Assembly (NCBI GenBank): GCA_963751345.1
Contig: CAVVUS010000014.1
Span: forward strand, 224,001-288,000
Reading direction: 5' to 3'
Length of the DNA: 64,000 bases
Origin: an uncultured Chloroflexia bacterium
Lineage (GTDB): Bacteria; Chloroflexota; Anaerolineae; B4-G1; SLSP01
Part shown: piece after piece, positions 29,645 through 41,457 of the stretch
Position numbering within the stretch: position 1 is the first letter of the stretch
How the letters are laid out: each line of letters begins with the position of its first letter
Position numbers and translations under genes: made by a program
Notes under the pieces: model-generated
The model's input: only the letters and a program-made list of their open reading frames with translations
Told to the model about the DNA's origin: nothing
Databases searched by the model: none

Positions 29645-30290
29645 TCAGTCCTCCTCGCTGTTTTCATCATGTAATTGGGGGAAGTCTTGAGTAGCCAGCG
29701 TATCCTGGATAAGGTCATAGGAGAATCCGCGACGGGCCAGTCGACCAACGAGGCGACGTCGGAACTCGTCGGGCGGCTAAGTTGCTCAAGCGCCGTGCCT
29801 GTTCCTGCGCCACTTTTGTGATAGCAGCGACCTCGTCGTAGTCTTCAAGGGCAACCTCTATCGCATCCGAAGCGATGCCCTTCTGGCCCAACTCATATCT
29901 TAGCATCCTACTTCCCCGAGGGCGGAAACTAGCCCGGTTGTCGCGCCAATAGCGGGCGAAAGCTTCATCGTCAACCAGCCCAACGCGCTTCAAACGGACG
30001 ATCACTTCTTCGATAACGTTCTCCGAAGAACCCTTATCTGCCAGGTACTCCCGCAACTCAGCTTCGCTGCGCGGTCGGTATGTGAGATAGTCCAACGCTC
30101 TGCTGTGGGCTTTCTCGATCACGTCGGCCACGTCAAGCTCGGCGATGACCTCATCGGATAACCACGAACCCACCTTCAGATGCGCGGCAACAGAAACCGC
30201 CAAGCCAAAAGCAAACTCACCATCCAGGTAGACATTCACCCGGTCCTTGGAACGTTTCTGAGGCTCCAGCGCCGTGATTCTTCCGGCCAT
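29645..30290 (-). CDS. recX: Regulatory protein RecX (frameshift near 29775)
   Basis: RVNVYLDGEFAF, ALDYLTYRPRSEAEL, VDDEAFA, ELGQKGI; the shifted frame gives RLARRGFSYD...EED*. Confidence 0.9.
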
Positions 30291-30299
30291 ACCTATCCT

Positions 30300-30339
30300 A
30301 ACGGCTGAACGTCGAAACATGTGGACGTGAGCACGTCTA
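30300..30339 (+). repeat. 8-bp-period AACGT-type array, 5 units
   Basis: aacggctg aacgtcga aacatgtg gacgtgag cacgtcta. Confidence 0.65.
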
Positions 30340-30348
30340 CAGAAACAC

Positions 30349-30381
30349 AAAAACGGCTATGGCAGACTTACCATAGCCGTT
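30349..30381 (-). terminator. Intrinsic terminator ~60 nt upstream of recX
   Basis: AACGGCTATGG-taagtctg-CCATAGCCGTT then TTTGTG on the minus strand. Confidence 0.8.
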
Positions 30382-30511
30382 GAGCACGCGGGCCGCCCCC
30401 GCCCTGAAAGGCAAACCTGGCTAAGACATACGAATGTCGTCGGAGACATCCATGCCGCTCGGGTCACAAATCTTCCTACGAGCGACCGCCTCCGAAAACA
30501 CTCCCCTCGAA

Positions 30512-30575
30512 AACGTTCAAACACCTCGACGTTCTAACGTCAAAACGCTTGAACGTCCGAACGTCTCAACGTTCC
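30512..30575 (+). repeat. 8-bp-period AACGT-type array, 8 units
   Basis: aacgttca aacacctc gacgttct aacgtcaa aacgcttg aacgtccg aacgtctc aacgttcc. Confidence 0.8.
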
Positions 30576-30897
30576 CTGTCAGAGCCATCCACATTCCAGA
30601 CTGAACCATGGGCGTTCCCACAGCTTGCGATTTCCACAACAGCTAGACTCGTCTACCACACGGATCCAGTCCCGACTTCGATGTCCCGGTGCACAGGCCG
30701 CGAACTCAGGCACATACCCTGTTCACACGCAAACACTTTACAGCGGTAAAGTCACCAAAACATCGTGACGCGTCGGGTTGCTCCATCACCTCATCCGCAT
30801 TCTATCTATTCTACACTAGTCTTGGATAAAAGGAAGACCCGCACGCAACACGCGCGCGGCGACCTGCCGCACTCCGCATGAGGTGCGTCGCGTCGTC

Positions 30898-30925
30898 TTG
30901 CCAATATCGACGATCTGGGTATAAT
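30898..30925 (+). promoter_or_regulatory. Sigma70-type promoter of the tRNA
   Basis: TTGCCA-16 nt-TATAAT. Confidence 0.75.
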
Positions 30926-30938
30926 GTTCGGGCTAAGC

Positions 30939-31011
30939 GCCACCCTAGCTCAATCGGCAGAGCAGACGCTTCGTAAGCGCCAGGTTCTGGGTTCAATTCC
31001 CAGGGGTGGCT
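30939..31011 (+). tRNA. tRNA-Thr(CGT)
   Basis: Acceptor stem GCCACCC/GGGTGGC, D-arm GCTCAATCGGCAGAGC, anticodon loop TTCGTAA, T-arm CTGGGTTCAATTCCCAG; CCA not encoded. Confidence 0.95.
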
Positions 31012-31013
31012 CT

Positions 31014-31045
31014 AAAGCCCCGGCAGCATTCGGGGCTTTTTTCTT
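31014..31045 (+). terminator. Intrinsic terminator of the tRNA
   Basis: AAAGCCCCGG-cagcat-TCGGGGCTTTTTT. Confidence 0.85.
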
Positions 31046-31065
31046 ATAGGGGAATCGTGCAACCA

Positions 31066-32079
31066 ATGCGGATCAGGCGGCTGGCGAACCAGCTATGGGG
31101 AGGGTTGGGTGACCAAAGGCTTGCCCTTCTGGCCCTGGTCCTCCTGTCAATCACCCAGATTGCCGCCTTCATCCTTCCCCAGATCCCCGTCTCGTCGGAC
31201 CAGAGCGTGCTGTTCAATCGCTGGCTGGCCGAGTTTCGTCCACGATTGGGCGAGGCCGCCCGCCCCCTCGCAGCGTTGGGCCTTCTGACAATCCGTGCTT
31301 CATACCTTCTCCGGGCGATCCTGGCGTTTTTCGGCCTGCTCGTCGCGGCCAACTTGGACCGGCTGCGTGAGATCCGGCGCGCTCGGACCCCGATGCCCAG
31401 GCAGATCGGGCGAATCTTGATCTGCATAGGTGGCCTGCTGATCATCGGTGGTTGGGCGGGCCAAATGAGTGCGGGTTGGCGCGACCCGGAGGTCATCGCG
31501 TGGCCCGGCGCGGAGATCGCCGTTCCGGACCACAATCTGTCGCTCCCGCAACCCTCCGGCCCGCTCGGTGTTTGGCGCGGGGGCTATGGCTACTATGTCA
31601 TCTCCCGAGGCCAACGCATCGGGCTCGAGATCCAGGCCGCCGACGATGCAGGCGACAGCCTCCCGCTCCTACCGGCGGTGGGCGAAGCCCCACAGCCAAG
31701 CTTGCGGCTGGCTTTCACGACGGCAGAGCCCGAGGCATTCTTCGCCATTCAGGAAGCCGGCCTGATCTTTCGGCTGAACCAGATTGCTGACAACATCCAG
31801 GTGCAAGCGTACCGCAGCGCCAGCGGTGAGTTACTCACCGAAGTTCAGCTCGACGGCAACGCGACATCCACGCTGCAGCTTGACGGGACCAAAGTGACCA
31901 TCGTCCAGACCCTTCTCCCACGCTATGAAGTGATCTATAATCCAGGTGCCGCTCTTGAGGGCAGTGGGATGGTGCTCTTCGCCGTGGGCGCGGTGCTTGG
32001 TACATTGCACAGCGCTCGGCGGCACGTGAGACGAAGCTTGCTGGACGAAGCGTCAGAGCAGCACGAGACGACGGGGTAG
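31066..32079 (+). CDS. ResB/Ccs1-like membrane protein
   Basis: ILPQ...LGLLTIRASYLLRAIL N-terminus, three TMs, large loop, C-terminal YNPG plus TM. Confidence 0.55.
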   Translation: MRIRRLANQLWGGLGDQRLALLALVLLSITQIAAFILPQIPVSSDQSVLFNRWLAEFRPRLGEAARPLAALGLLTIRASYLLRAILAFFGLLVAANLDRLREIRRARTPMPRQIGRILICIGGLLIIGGWAGQMSAGWRDPEVIAWPGAEIAVPDHNLSLPQPSGPLGVWRGGYGYYVISRGQRIGLEIQAADDAGDSLPLLPAVGEAPQPSLRLAFTTAEPEAFFAIQEAGLIFRLNQIADNIQVQAYRSASGELLTEVQLDGNATSTLQLDGTKVTIVQTLLPRYEVIYNPGAALEGSGMVLFAVGAVLGTLHSARRHVRRSLLDEASEQHETTG

Positions 32080-32094
32080 GGAGTCAGAGCCGGC

Positions 32095-32713
<619 letters not shown>

Positions 32714-32812
32714 GTGCCGCTTCGAGGGCGCGCCGATGTATGCAGTGGGGACTGACCATTACCTGATCCGAGGCTACAGCGAGACCCATCACAGCCCCTC
32801 GCAGGTCTAGCT

Positions 32813-34258
32813 ATGCAGGAGAGCCTGGCCAAACGTGCCATCTCCTCGACGCTCTGGCAGAGCAGCGCCAGCCTCATCACTACCGCCATTGTCTTTGTGC
32901 GCTCGGTTCTCCTCGCTCGCTGGGTACCCGTCGAAGCATTCGGCATCTATGGGTATGCGGGCGCTATCATCGGCTTCAGCTCGATCCTCGCGGATTTCGG
33001 CATGGGTGCGGCCTTCATCCACCAGACCCAGGAAACGGAAGACGAATCTGAGGCTGCCGCCAACTATCTCGCCGTCAAGGCCATCTTGGCCATCGTTTGG
33101 GCAGCCCTGGTCATCGCCTGCAGTCGGATCTTCATCGCGCCACAATACCGCCCGGCCCTGGTTATCCTGACCCTGATCCAAGCTGGGACGAGCCTCACGG
33201 CTGTTCCACGGCTGATTCTGCAGCGGCGTGTTGTTCACAGGCGGCTCTCGCTGCTCAGTACTCTGGATATCGTCGTAGGCAGCGCCGCCGCTCTGAGTCT
33301 TGCGCTGCTAAGGCAGCCTCTCTGGGCGTTGATGGTCACAAACCTCGCCGGGCTCGTCGTTAACGTCATCGGGCTGTACGTTTGGCGTCCCGTCTGGCGC
33401 CCGAAATTACGCTGGTCCCCACCCGTCGTGCGCTATCTATTGGGATTTGGTGCCCGCAGTTTTGTGGCAGGTCTGCTCGCCCGAGCTTTGGATCAACTGG
33501 ATGACATCTGGACGGGGAGCGTGCTTGGCAGTGTGGCCGTTGGCTTCTATAGTAAGGCTTATTCCTTTGCCACCTACCCCAGGAAGGTCGTCGCGGCTCC
33601 CCTCATAGCGGTGTCGACCGGGAGTTATGCTGCTCTCAAGGGCGACCGGCAGCGGCTGTCCGAAGCCTTCTTCCGTGTGAATGCAGCGCTGGTGAGATCA
33701 AGCTTTCTGTTCGGTGGGCTGTTGGCGCTAATCGCCCCGGAGTTCATCCGCATCCTCTTAGGTGCCCAATGGCTACCCATGTTGAATGCTTACCGCCTCA
33801 TGCTGGTCTTTACGTTACTCGATCCGATCAAGGTCACGATTGCCAATCTTTTCACCGCGGTTGGCAAACCCGAGCACGTGATCACGGCACGGGTTGTACA
33901 ATTGCTGGTCCTGGTCGTTGGTCTCGCTGCGCTGGGCCCCCGGTTTGGTATCGCGGGCGTAGCCATCGCAGTTGACGTGATGCTCTTCATCGGTATAGTA
34001 CTCTTGCTTTGGCGGGCACGGGCATACGTCGACTTCTCTCCTGTCCGCCTCTTCGGCATCCCCACCGTGGCACTGGCGCTCGGCATGGCGGTCGCCCGTG
34101 GGACACTGGCCCTCCCGGGGATCCTGGGCTCTGACTGGCGCACGGCAGGTGTAAAGATCTGTGCTTATGGTGTCGTCTACGCCGGCATGTTGCTGCTTAT
34201 GGAGCGCCACGAGACAGCAAGAATGGTGAGGTGGACAGTCGCCACGCTGCGGTCCTAA
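32813..34258 (+). CDS. Wzx-type oligosaccharide flippase
   Basis: LLARWVPVEAFG, ADFGMGAAFI, VGFYSKAY; many TM segments. Confidence 0.85.
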   Translation: MQESLAKRAISSTLWQSSASLITTAIVFVRSVLLARWVPVEAFGIYGYAGAIIGFSSILADFGMGAAFIHQTQETEDESEAAANYLAVKAILAIVWAALVIACSRIFIAPQYRPALVILTLIQAGTSLTAVPRLILQRRVVHRRLSLLSTLDIVVGSAAALSLALLRQPLWALMVTNLAGLVVNVIGLYVWRPVWRPKLRWSPPVVRYLLGFGARSFVAGLLARALDQLDDIWTGSVLGSVAVGFYSKAYSFATYPRKVVAAPLIAVSTGSYAALKGDRQRLSEAFFRVNAALVRSSFLFGGLLALIAPEFIRILLGAQWLPMLNAYRLMLVFTLLDPIKVTIANLFTAVGKPEHVITARVVQLLVLVVGLAALGPRFGIAGVAIAVDVMLFIGIVLLLWRARAYVDFSPVRLFGIPTVALALGMAVARGTLALPGILGSDWRTAGVKICAYGVVYAGMLLLMERHETARMVRWTVATLRS

Positions 34259-34373
34259 CGACCGGCAACGAAAAGGCTTTGCTCTGCAATCATTCCTGGT
34301 AGAATCCGGCTAATGCAGGATCTGAAGTAGGAGAGACCGCGGTTCGGACATTGAGGATCATCGTAAGAACCCT

Positions 34374-35219
34374 ATGACAACGACGGTGGAACAGCTTGAC
34401 CTGCCGGTCACCATCATCAAGCCCAAACGAGGCTGGATCTCACTCGACTTGCGTGAGCTGTGGGAATATCGCGAATTGCTCTTCTTCCTCTCGTGGCGCG
34501 ACATCAAGGTACGATATACGCAGACCGCCTTAGGGATCGCGTGGGCGATTCTCCAGCCCGTTTTCACGATGGTGATATTCAGTGTCTTCTTGGGCCGGCT
34601 GGCGAAGATCCCCTCCGAGAACATTCCGTATCCCATCTTTAGCTTTGCTGCTCTCGTGCCCTGGCAGTTCTTCGCCAATGGACTGAGCGCCTCGGCGGAC
34701 AGCCTGGTGGCTAGCGCCAATCTCCTGAAAAAAGTCTATTTCCCGCGGCTCGTGATTCCCATTTCAGCCGTGCTCTCGGGTGCACTGGACTTTGCCATCG
34801 CCTTTGTTGTACTACTCGGGATGATGCTGGCCTACGGCATTGTGCCAACCTGGAACGTTCTGTGGCTTCCACTGCTGATATTGCTGGCACTGGTGACGTC
34901 GTTAGGCGTGGGACTATGGCTAACCGCGATGAACGTGCAATTTCGCGATGTCCGCTATGCCATCCCCTTTCTGGTTCAAGCCTGGATGTATGCCTCGCCC
35001 ATCGTTTATCCCAGCACCATCTTGAGTGAGCCCTGGCGGACCGTCTACGGTATCAACCCCATGGTCGGTGTCGTCGAAGGCTTCCGTTGGGCGCTGCTGG
35101 GCACAGACACGGCGCCCGGCCCGATGGTCCTGGTCTCGTCGCTGGTCGCGATTGCACTTCTGTTCAGCGGTGCTTACTACTTCCGGAGAATGGAGAAGAG
35201 CTTCGCGGATGTGGTCTGA
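34374..35219 (+). CDS. wzm: Polysaccharide ABC transporter permease
   Basis: RDIKVRYTQTALGIAWAILQP, LLKKVYFPR, YASPIVYP, INPM. Confidence 0.92.
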   Translation: MTTTVEQLDLPVTIIKPKRGWISLDLRELWEYRELLFFLSWRDIKVRYTQTALGIAWAILQPVFTMVIFSVFLGRLAKIPSENIPYPIFSFAALVPWQFFANGLSASADSLVASANLLKKVYFPRLVIPISAVLSGALDFAIAFVVLLGMMLAYGIVPTWNVLWLPLLILLALVTSLGVGLWLTAMNVQFRDVRYAIPFLVQAWMYASPIVYPSTILSEPWRTVYGINPMVGVVEGFRWALLGTDTAPGPMVLVSSLVAIALLFSGAYYFRRMEKSFADVV

Positions 35220-35260
35220 ACGCTTACACATGCCAACCTTGAGGCGTTGAAACGAGCATA

Positions 35261-36547
35261 ATGTCTGATATTGCGATCCGAGTCGAAGGCTTATCAAAGC
35301 AATACCGCATCGGTGGCCCGCAAGCGCACTACAAGACGCTGCGGGAATCGCTGATGGCCGCGGCGAAAGTCCCACTGCAACGGCTCCGTTCTACCTTCGG
35401 ACGGTCTGGCGGCGCACACCCCAACGACACGATCTGGGCCCTGAAGGACGTCTCCTTCGATATCAACCGCGGGGAGGTCGTCGGCATCATTGGGCGAAAC
35501 GGAGCGGGGAAAAGCACACTACTCAAGATCCTCAGCCGTATCACTGAGCCGACCGACGGGTACGCTGAGCTTCACGGGCGGGTTGGTTCGCTGCTCGAGG
35601 TCGGGACCGGCTTTCATCCGGAACTGACCGGGCGGGACAACATCTACCTGAATGGCGCCATCCTCGGGATGAAGCGCGACGAGATCGAGCGCAAGTTTGA
35701 CGAGATCGTAGACTTCGCCGAGATTGAGAAGTTCTTGGACACCCCGGTCAAGCACTATTCGAGCGGGATGTACGTGCGTCTCGCCTTTGCCGTCGCGGCA
35801 CATCTCGAACCGGAGATTCTGCTGGTCGATGAAGTGCTCGCGGTGGGGGATGCTGCGTTCCAGAAGAAGTGCTTGGGGAAAATGGGAGACGTGGCGAAGA
35901 GTGGACGGACAGTGCTGTTTGTGAGTCACAATATGGCCGCGATCCTAAACCTATGTAGGAGAGGCATTCTGCTAAGACATGGGCATTTGGCCATGTCCGG
36001 CGCTCCGCGCGAGGCGGCGGAACCGTATCTAGCAGAAGATGCAGAAACAACCGGAGAGGCATTGTTGTCAGCAGAGCCGGGAAAAGTCGCTGACGGATTC
36101 TGCTTTAGGGGCATTCGAACACGAAGACCGGGCGGTGGGGTAATTGGCCAAATTCCCCTGGAAACGGGAGTTGATATCGAAATCACATACGAGCTTGCAC
36201 ATCCAGTGGGTGGGATGAATGTGGCGTTTCATCTCTTCGATAGCACAGGGATCTGCATCCTATCCAGTACAGATGTCGATCAGGATCCCTCATCCATCGC
36301 CAAGCATCGTGAGCCCGGAAGGTATCAGGCTACATGCCATATTCCGTCGGAATACTTACGCCCCGGTAGATACTACCTTAGTCTGTCATCAAGTATTCCT
36401 CGTGTCAAGGTCCTAGCCAATCTAACACATGCGCTTTCTTTCGATATCGTGGACACAGGCAGCGTGGAGTCAACGATCGCTCAAGGGCGACAAGGCGTGA
36501 TCTCGCCAATCCTCGAATGGTCCACACTACATATTGATGAACCATGA
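35261..36547 (+). CDS. wzt: Polysaccharide ABC transporter ATPase with C-terminal carbohydrate-binding domain
   Basis: GRNGAGKSTLLK, YSSGMYVRLAF, LLVDEVLAVGD; ~170-aa C-terminal extension. Confidence 0.93.
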   Translation: MSDIAIRVEGLSKQYRIGGPQAHYKTLRESLMAAAKVPLQRLRSTFGRSGGAHPNDTIWALKDVSFDINRGEVVGIIGRNGAGKSTLLKILSRITEPTDGYAELHGRVGSLLEVGTGFHPELTGRDNIYLNGAILGMKRDEIERKFDEIVDFAEIEKFLDTPVKHYSSGMYVRLAFAVAAHLEPEILLVDEVLAVGDAAFQKKCLGKMGDVAKSGRTVLFVSHNMAAILNLCRRGILLRHGHLAMSGAPREAAEPYLAEDAETTGEALLSAEPGKVADGFCFRGIRTRRPGGGVIGQIPLETGVDIEITYELAHPVGGMNVAFHLFDSTGICILSSTDVDQDPSSIAKHREPGRYQATCHIPSEYLRPGRYYLSLSSSIPRVKVLANLTHALSFDIVDTGSVESTIAQGRQGVISPILEWSTLHIDEP

Positions 36548-37780
36548 AGATTGGCAAAGAGTCATTGCGGCGATTGCCTGAACGAAATGCCCTCTTGCGT
36601 TTGTGTCACCGGGTAAGATCTGCTCTCAAGAATAGGCTATTACCTCCAGAACGATTGGGCAACCTTGACCTTCGAAAGGAGAAGACCACGACCGCTCACT
36701 AAGAGAGCACTGCTCTCTTACATAGTGCATCCGTTTGCCACTTCGCCGGATACTACTCGCTTCCCGCCTCACATCAATATCTGGCACGCCTGGGAAATGG
36801 TCAGAGTACTGAATCAACTGGGCTTTATTGTCGATGTCGTCGATTACAGAGATGAAGGTTTTGCGCCAAGTCAGAGATATGACCTATTTATCGGTCACGG
36901 GGGTATCAATTACGTGAAGATCGCTGGCCGGCTGCATGCGAGCGCAACGAAGATCTACTTCTCGACCGGATGCTACTGGAAGTTCCACAACGAGCAGGAA
37001 TTGGCCCGCTTTTCCGCGCTTAGAGAACGGCGAGGCGTTACCCTACCACCGGATCGGCTTATCACCACCAGCGAAGAGGAAGCCTTGCTGGCAGCTGATG
37101 GCATCGTCGGAATAGGCAACGATTTCACGAAAAACACATATGTGGGCTACTCACCCATCACTATGATCAACGGTACCTCACTGTTTGATGATCACTATGA
37201 TCAGCACGACAAGAATTTCGATAAGGGTAGAGAGCATTTCCTCTATTTTGCTCGTTCAGGCAACGTACACAAAGGCCTGGACCTATTGCTAGAGGCATTT
37301 GCAGATCTAAGACAACATCTATGGATCTGTTCCAAAATCGATCAGGGATTCGCAGACGTTTACTCAAAGGAACTGCACGACCTACCAAATATCCATCTAG
37401 TGAGTTGGGTGCAGGAACGTTTTGCCAAGTTCTATGAAATGATGGATACATGTAACTTTGTCATCTTGCCTTCCTGCAGTGAAGGACAGGCTCAGTCTGT
37501 AGTAAAATGCATGAATCAAGGGCTAATTCCTATCGTCAGTTCAGCATGTGGACTGGCGGTCGGCGGCTACGGAGTCTCACTAACACCCTGTACCATCGAG
37601 CAGATCGCGAGAGTTCTCCCGATGCTCGCCTCCACTTCGGCCACATCATGCAGAAAGATGTCCCTAGAAGTACGTAAAGTTGCTGCCCTAGACTTCTCGG
37701 AGAGTGCGTTTACCTACAGCTTTACCGAGGCAATTCGCTACTACATCGCTCAGACAGAGCCCAGTAAGCGACGGCAGTAG
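36544..37780 (+). CDS. Glycosyltransferase, GT-B fold (N-terminal frameshift)
   Basis: HKGLDLLLEAF, ILPSCSEG; an ATG at 36544 overlaps the wzt stop in another frame. Confidence 0.75.
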
Positions 37781-37792
37781 GGAAAGGTTGGA

Positions 37793-38724
37793 GTGCCTTA
37801 AGCTGACTCTGTAAAGCGACTAGGTAACTTACTTTCGCACGTTCGCAGGCAGATTGAAAGCCGCAGCCCTACGCACAATAGGCCGATCGAGAGCTCAGGG
37901 AGGCTCCCACTCACAAGGGCCCTTACTCTTGATACCTGCTTTAGTGGAACGAATTCGGCAACCTCTCCACTGGTCGAGAAGCCGCAGCACAACTTGCACC
38001 ATAAAGATGGACATCAGATGATCCAGGAAGAGCACGGGGTATCACCGAGGTGGATGTGGTACGCTGGGAAGAAGCGCAACGCTACGAACATCGGGTATGG
38101 ATGGGGGAAAGTGGGCTCAACGCCGGGGAGGACCGCAATAAGGCACACGAACGAGCCTTCAGTAACTACGCAGTCATCCGTGGAGAGCGCTTCGAGAACG
38201 CTATCGAGATCGGGTGTGGTCCATTCACGAGACATGATCCGCATTCTGAAGTACGTTCGATGCAAAGATTACCCTCCTCGATCCGCTCATGAAGATATGA
38301 CTATCTCCTCCACCCCAATTGCACGTACAGACGCAAACGGCTCGGAGGGTGGCCGGGCGTGAATGTCCAGACCATTGCCATGCCGATCGAGAACTTCGCC
38401 ACTAGTCAGAGCTATGATCTAGTGGTGGTTGTCAATGTGCTGGAACACTGTTTTTCGGCATCGAAGTTCTTTGACCAAATCCTTTCTCTCACAGCGCCAC
38501 ACGGCACTTTCTGGTATTCTATGACAAGCTTATCCCAGCCACGATGATCCATACCTTCGTTGAGAACATCTTACGATGCTGGCCATCCACTGCGTATAGC
38601 TGGAGATCTGATTCTGAGATTTCTGAGCGGAAACTACAACCAAGTCTACAACGAACATGAGTCAATACCCTCCCCCATTGGTCAGTTTGATTCTGTCTAC
38701 TTTATCGGCAAGAAGAGAGGGTAA
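37793..38724 (+). CDS. Class I SAM methyltransferase (multiply frameshifted; start approximate)
   Basis: Fragments AIEIGCGPFT and YDLVVVVNVLEHC. Confidence 0.55.
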
Positions 38725-38730
38725 CTCGTA

Positions 38731-39412
38731 ATGCGGATTGCATGGAAGTTGCCCAGAGGCTTCGGATGATCATCGCAAGGACGTTCCCTGGACGCTTTCC
38801 AGACCTGTACTCAACCCTAGATCACCCTATGGTCGGCTACCGTACAGGCCGCAGCATACCAGCTCGCTGTCAGTGACTACATCCATCCAGGCGATCGGAT
38901 CCTGGATGTTGGGTTCGGCTAGGCTATGGACTCAGAATGATGGCACATGAAGCCGAGGAGTTGTGCGGCATTGAGATTGATCGTAGGGCGTCTCTAGGGG
39001 AGTAAGATTCCTTCGGGGGATTCCAGCAATTCGCGAACTTCAGCAATACGATGGATGTACAATTCCCTATCAGAGCGCTGCCTTTGATGTTGTTACCTGT
39101 ATAGACGTTCTAGAGCACGTCCACGACTATGTAGGACTAATCAGGGAGCTTCTTCGAACATCAAAGCGGGTGGTTCTAATCTCTACGCCAAACCGCCGTC
39201 CTGAATACACGATGCCCGATGGAAGGCCTCGGAACCGCTGGCATTTGCGTGAATGGTCCTTTGAAGAACTGGATACCATCTTACGAGCAGTTCCCCATAT
39301 CGATATAGAGTGGAATTTCTTGAGCGGCCCGTGGGAAGGGCCTTGCGAGCGCACATCAACCATATCTTCGGAAACCTTGGCCCTGACGCCAGCTCTCCTA
39401 ATGCGAAGATGA
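38731..39412 (+). CDS. Class I SAM methyltransferase (multiply frameshifted)
   Basis: Fragments DRILDVGFG, FDVVTCIDVLEHV, LISTPNRR...HLREW. Confidence 0.6.
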
Positions 39413-39419
39413 GCCTTGC

Positions 39420-40515
39420 ATGGGGGACAGACTGAGACTGACCGTTGATGGTGTCATCTTCCAGCTACAGACATACGGAGGGATCTCGCGTCTATTCAGT
39501 GAGATACTACCCCGAATGTGCGATCAATTCCCGCGCCTGTACATCACTCTGCTGACGGAAGGCAAACTCCAGCAGGATCCACCGCTTCACGAACGTATCT
39601 CCAACCGCGCGATTCCCGATGTTGGACGCTACCTACACCCCGACGGATATGGCAGCCTGCCGCACAGATCGTCCGACGCCTTGTAAGAGAGCGGTATGTG
39701 GAACTTGGAGAAGACCGGATCTGGCACTCCACATACTACACGATGCCAACTCGGTGGGATGGTAAACAGGTTGTTACAGTAATGGACATGATCCACGAGC
39801 ACTATGCTGGGTTGTTCACCGGACAAACAAACGACAACTTCCGGGCACGAAAGGAAGAATGTGTCTCAAGGGCTGATGCAGTCATTTGTATATCACAGAC
39901 CACACGCCTGGACGTAGAAAGGTACTATGGCATCAATGGCGGTGCCCGCTATGTTGTGCCCTTGGGTTACAGCCCTGTTTTCAGGCAGATGGGACGAAAT
40001 CAGGAGCAATCAAATCCACCGTACCCACAACCCTTCATGCTTTACGTTGGCAGGCGTTCACATTACAAGAACTTCAGCACACTGCTTCAGGCTTACAGTG
40101 TGTGGAAACACAGAAATGAAATCACCCTCGCCGCCGTTGGCCCTCCCTGGTCTCGTGTCGAGGAACAGCAATTAGCGAAGCTGGGAATCCACGATCAGTG
40201 CACTACCTGACGAATGTAAACGACGAGGAACTGTGTCTGCTGTACAACGAGGCCATTGCTTTTGTCTATCCTTCTTTATACGAAGGCTTCGGGGTTCCTA
40301 CTATAGGCGATGGCGAGCGGTTGTCTCATTGACCGCTTCCCGCATTTCTGCAACGATTCAAGTAGAATAGGAGAATGCCCAGTGTACTTTGAAGCTACCG
40401 CAACCGGGTTGCGGCTGAAGGCGTTAGACGTCTCACATTCTGGAGGGCAGAGACTTGAAACAAGTGTAGCTGGGACTTGAGCAGGCTGTCTCAACATATC
40501 GGGGATCGGACTAAT
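39420..40515 (+). CDS. GT4-family glycosyltransferase (multiply frameshifted; end approximate)
   Basis: QTYGGISR, HSTYY, VMDMIHE, LYVGRRSHYKNF, FVYPSLYEGFG. Confidence 0.7.
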
Positions 40516-40539
40516 TAAAAACTGGAGGACTATCAAACG

Positions 40540-41457
40540 CCGTCCACTCTTGAGCGCACTCCCTCCCTCCGCTGGGCAAGACAGGCTGGCCTTGGATGGC
40601 AGAGCGGGCCACAACCTCGGGGCCAGGTCGTCGATGGCGCTCTCTGGCCCTGAATAAGCATCGTCACGCCGTCGTACAACCAGGGACAATTCCTTGAAGA
40701 GACCATCCGCTCGGTGTTGTCACAAAATACCCAAATCTCGAATACATCGTCATGGACGGTGGAAGCACCGACGGAAGCGCGGACATCATCCGACAGTACG
40801 AGCCATGGCTTAGCTATGTACGAATCGGGCCTGATGACGGTCAGGCAGCAGCCATTGCCGAGGGATTTCGCCACGCTACCGGAGACATCCTCGCCTGGCT
40901 CAATTCCGACGACCGCTACCGGTCCGGGACATTGCAACGGGTGGGGCGCTTCTTCACAATGCACAAGGATGTGGTCTTCGCCAACGGAGACGTGAACTAC
41001 ATCGATGTCGACGGGAATTTCGTCCTCCGTAGTTACGCGGTTCGGCCGAATCGTCTCCTTGGCCGCTAACATCGCCGTTCACGGCTGGCCGCAGCCTGGC
41101 TGTTTTTGGCGCCGTGAAGCCTACGAACAGGTGGGGGGGATAGATCCATCTCTGCAGTTCTCTATGGATCGCGACCTGTTTATACGACTGATCTCGGTCG
41201 GTGACAGCAGAACTATTCCTGGCCCTCCACTCGCCGACTTCCGGACCCACGGTAAAGCGAAGAGTTCCACACTACGGACTGTGCAGGCCAGGGAGGATCA
41301 AACGGTAATCGCCAGATATGAAGACCCACGCTATCGTTCACTGAAATGGTTGCTCCGCTTCCTCTGGTGGCTGTGGTGCAAACCAAAGGGCTTACAGGCA
41401 AGACTGAACAAGGTCCTCACAAACGAGACCCGATGGAACCGATTGTTAGCGTCATAG
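40540..41457 (+). CDS. GT2-family glycosyltransferase (frameshifted; start approximate)
   Basis: ISIVTPSYNQGQFLEETIRSV, MDGGSTDGS, WLNSDD, QPGCFWRR. Confidence 0.7.

Noticed and set aside
30396-30450. c-di-GMP-I riboswitch suggested by AAAGGCAAACC on the + strand
   Set aside because: No GNRA-capped stem or GACGCAAAGC segment follows, and no + strand gene lies directly downstream.
30512-30575. CRISPR array or iterons
   Set aside because: The period is only 8 bp, with no unique spacers and no cas or rep genes in the window.
30586-30640. DnaA boxes or replication origin
   Set aside because: Only degenerate CCACA matches, no AT-rich unwinding element and no dnaA/dnaN nearby.
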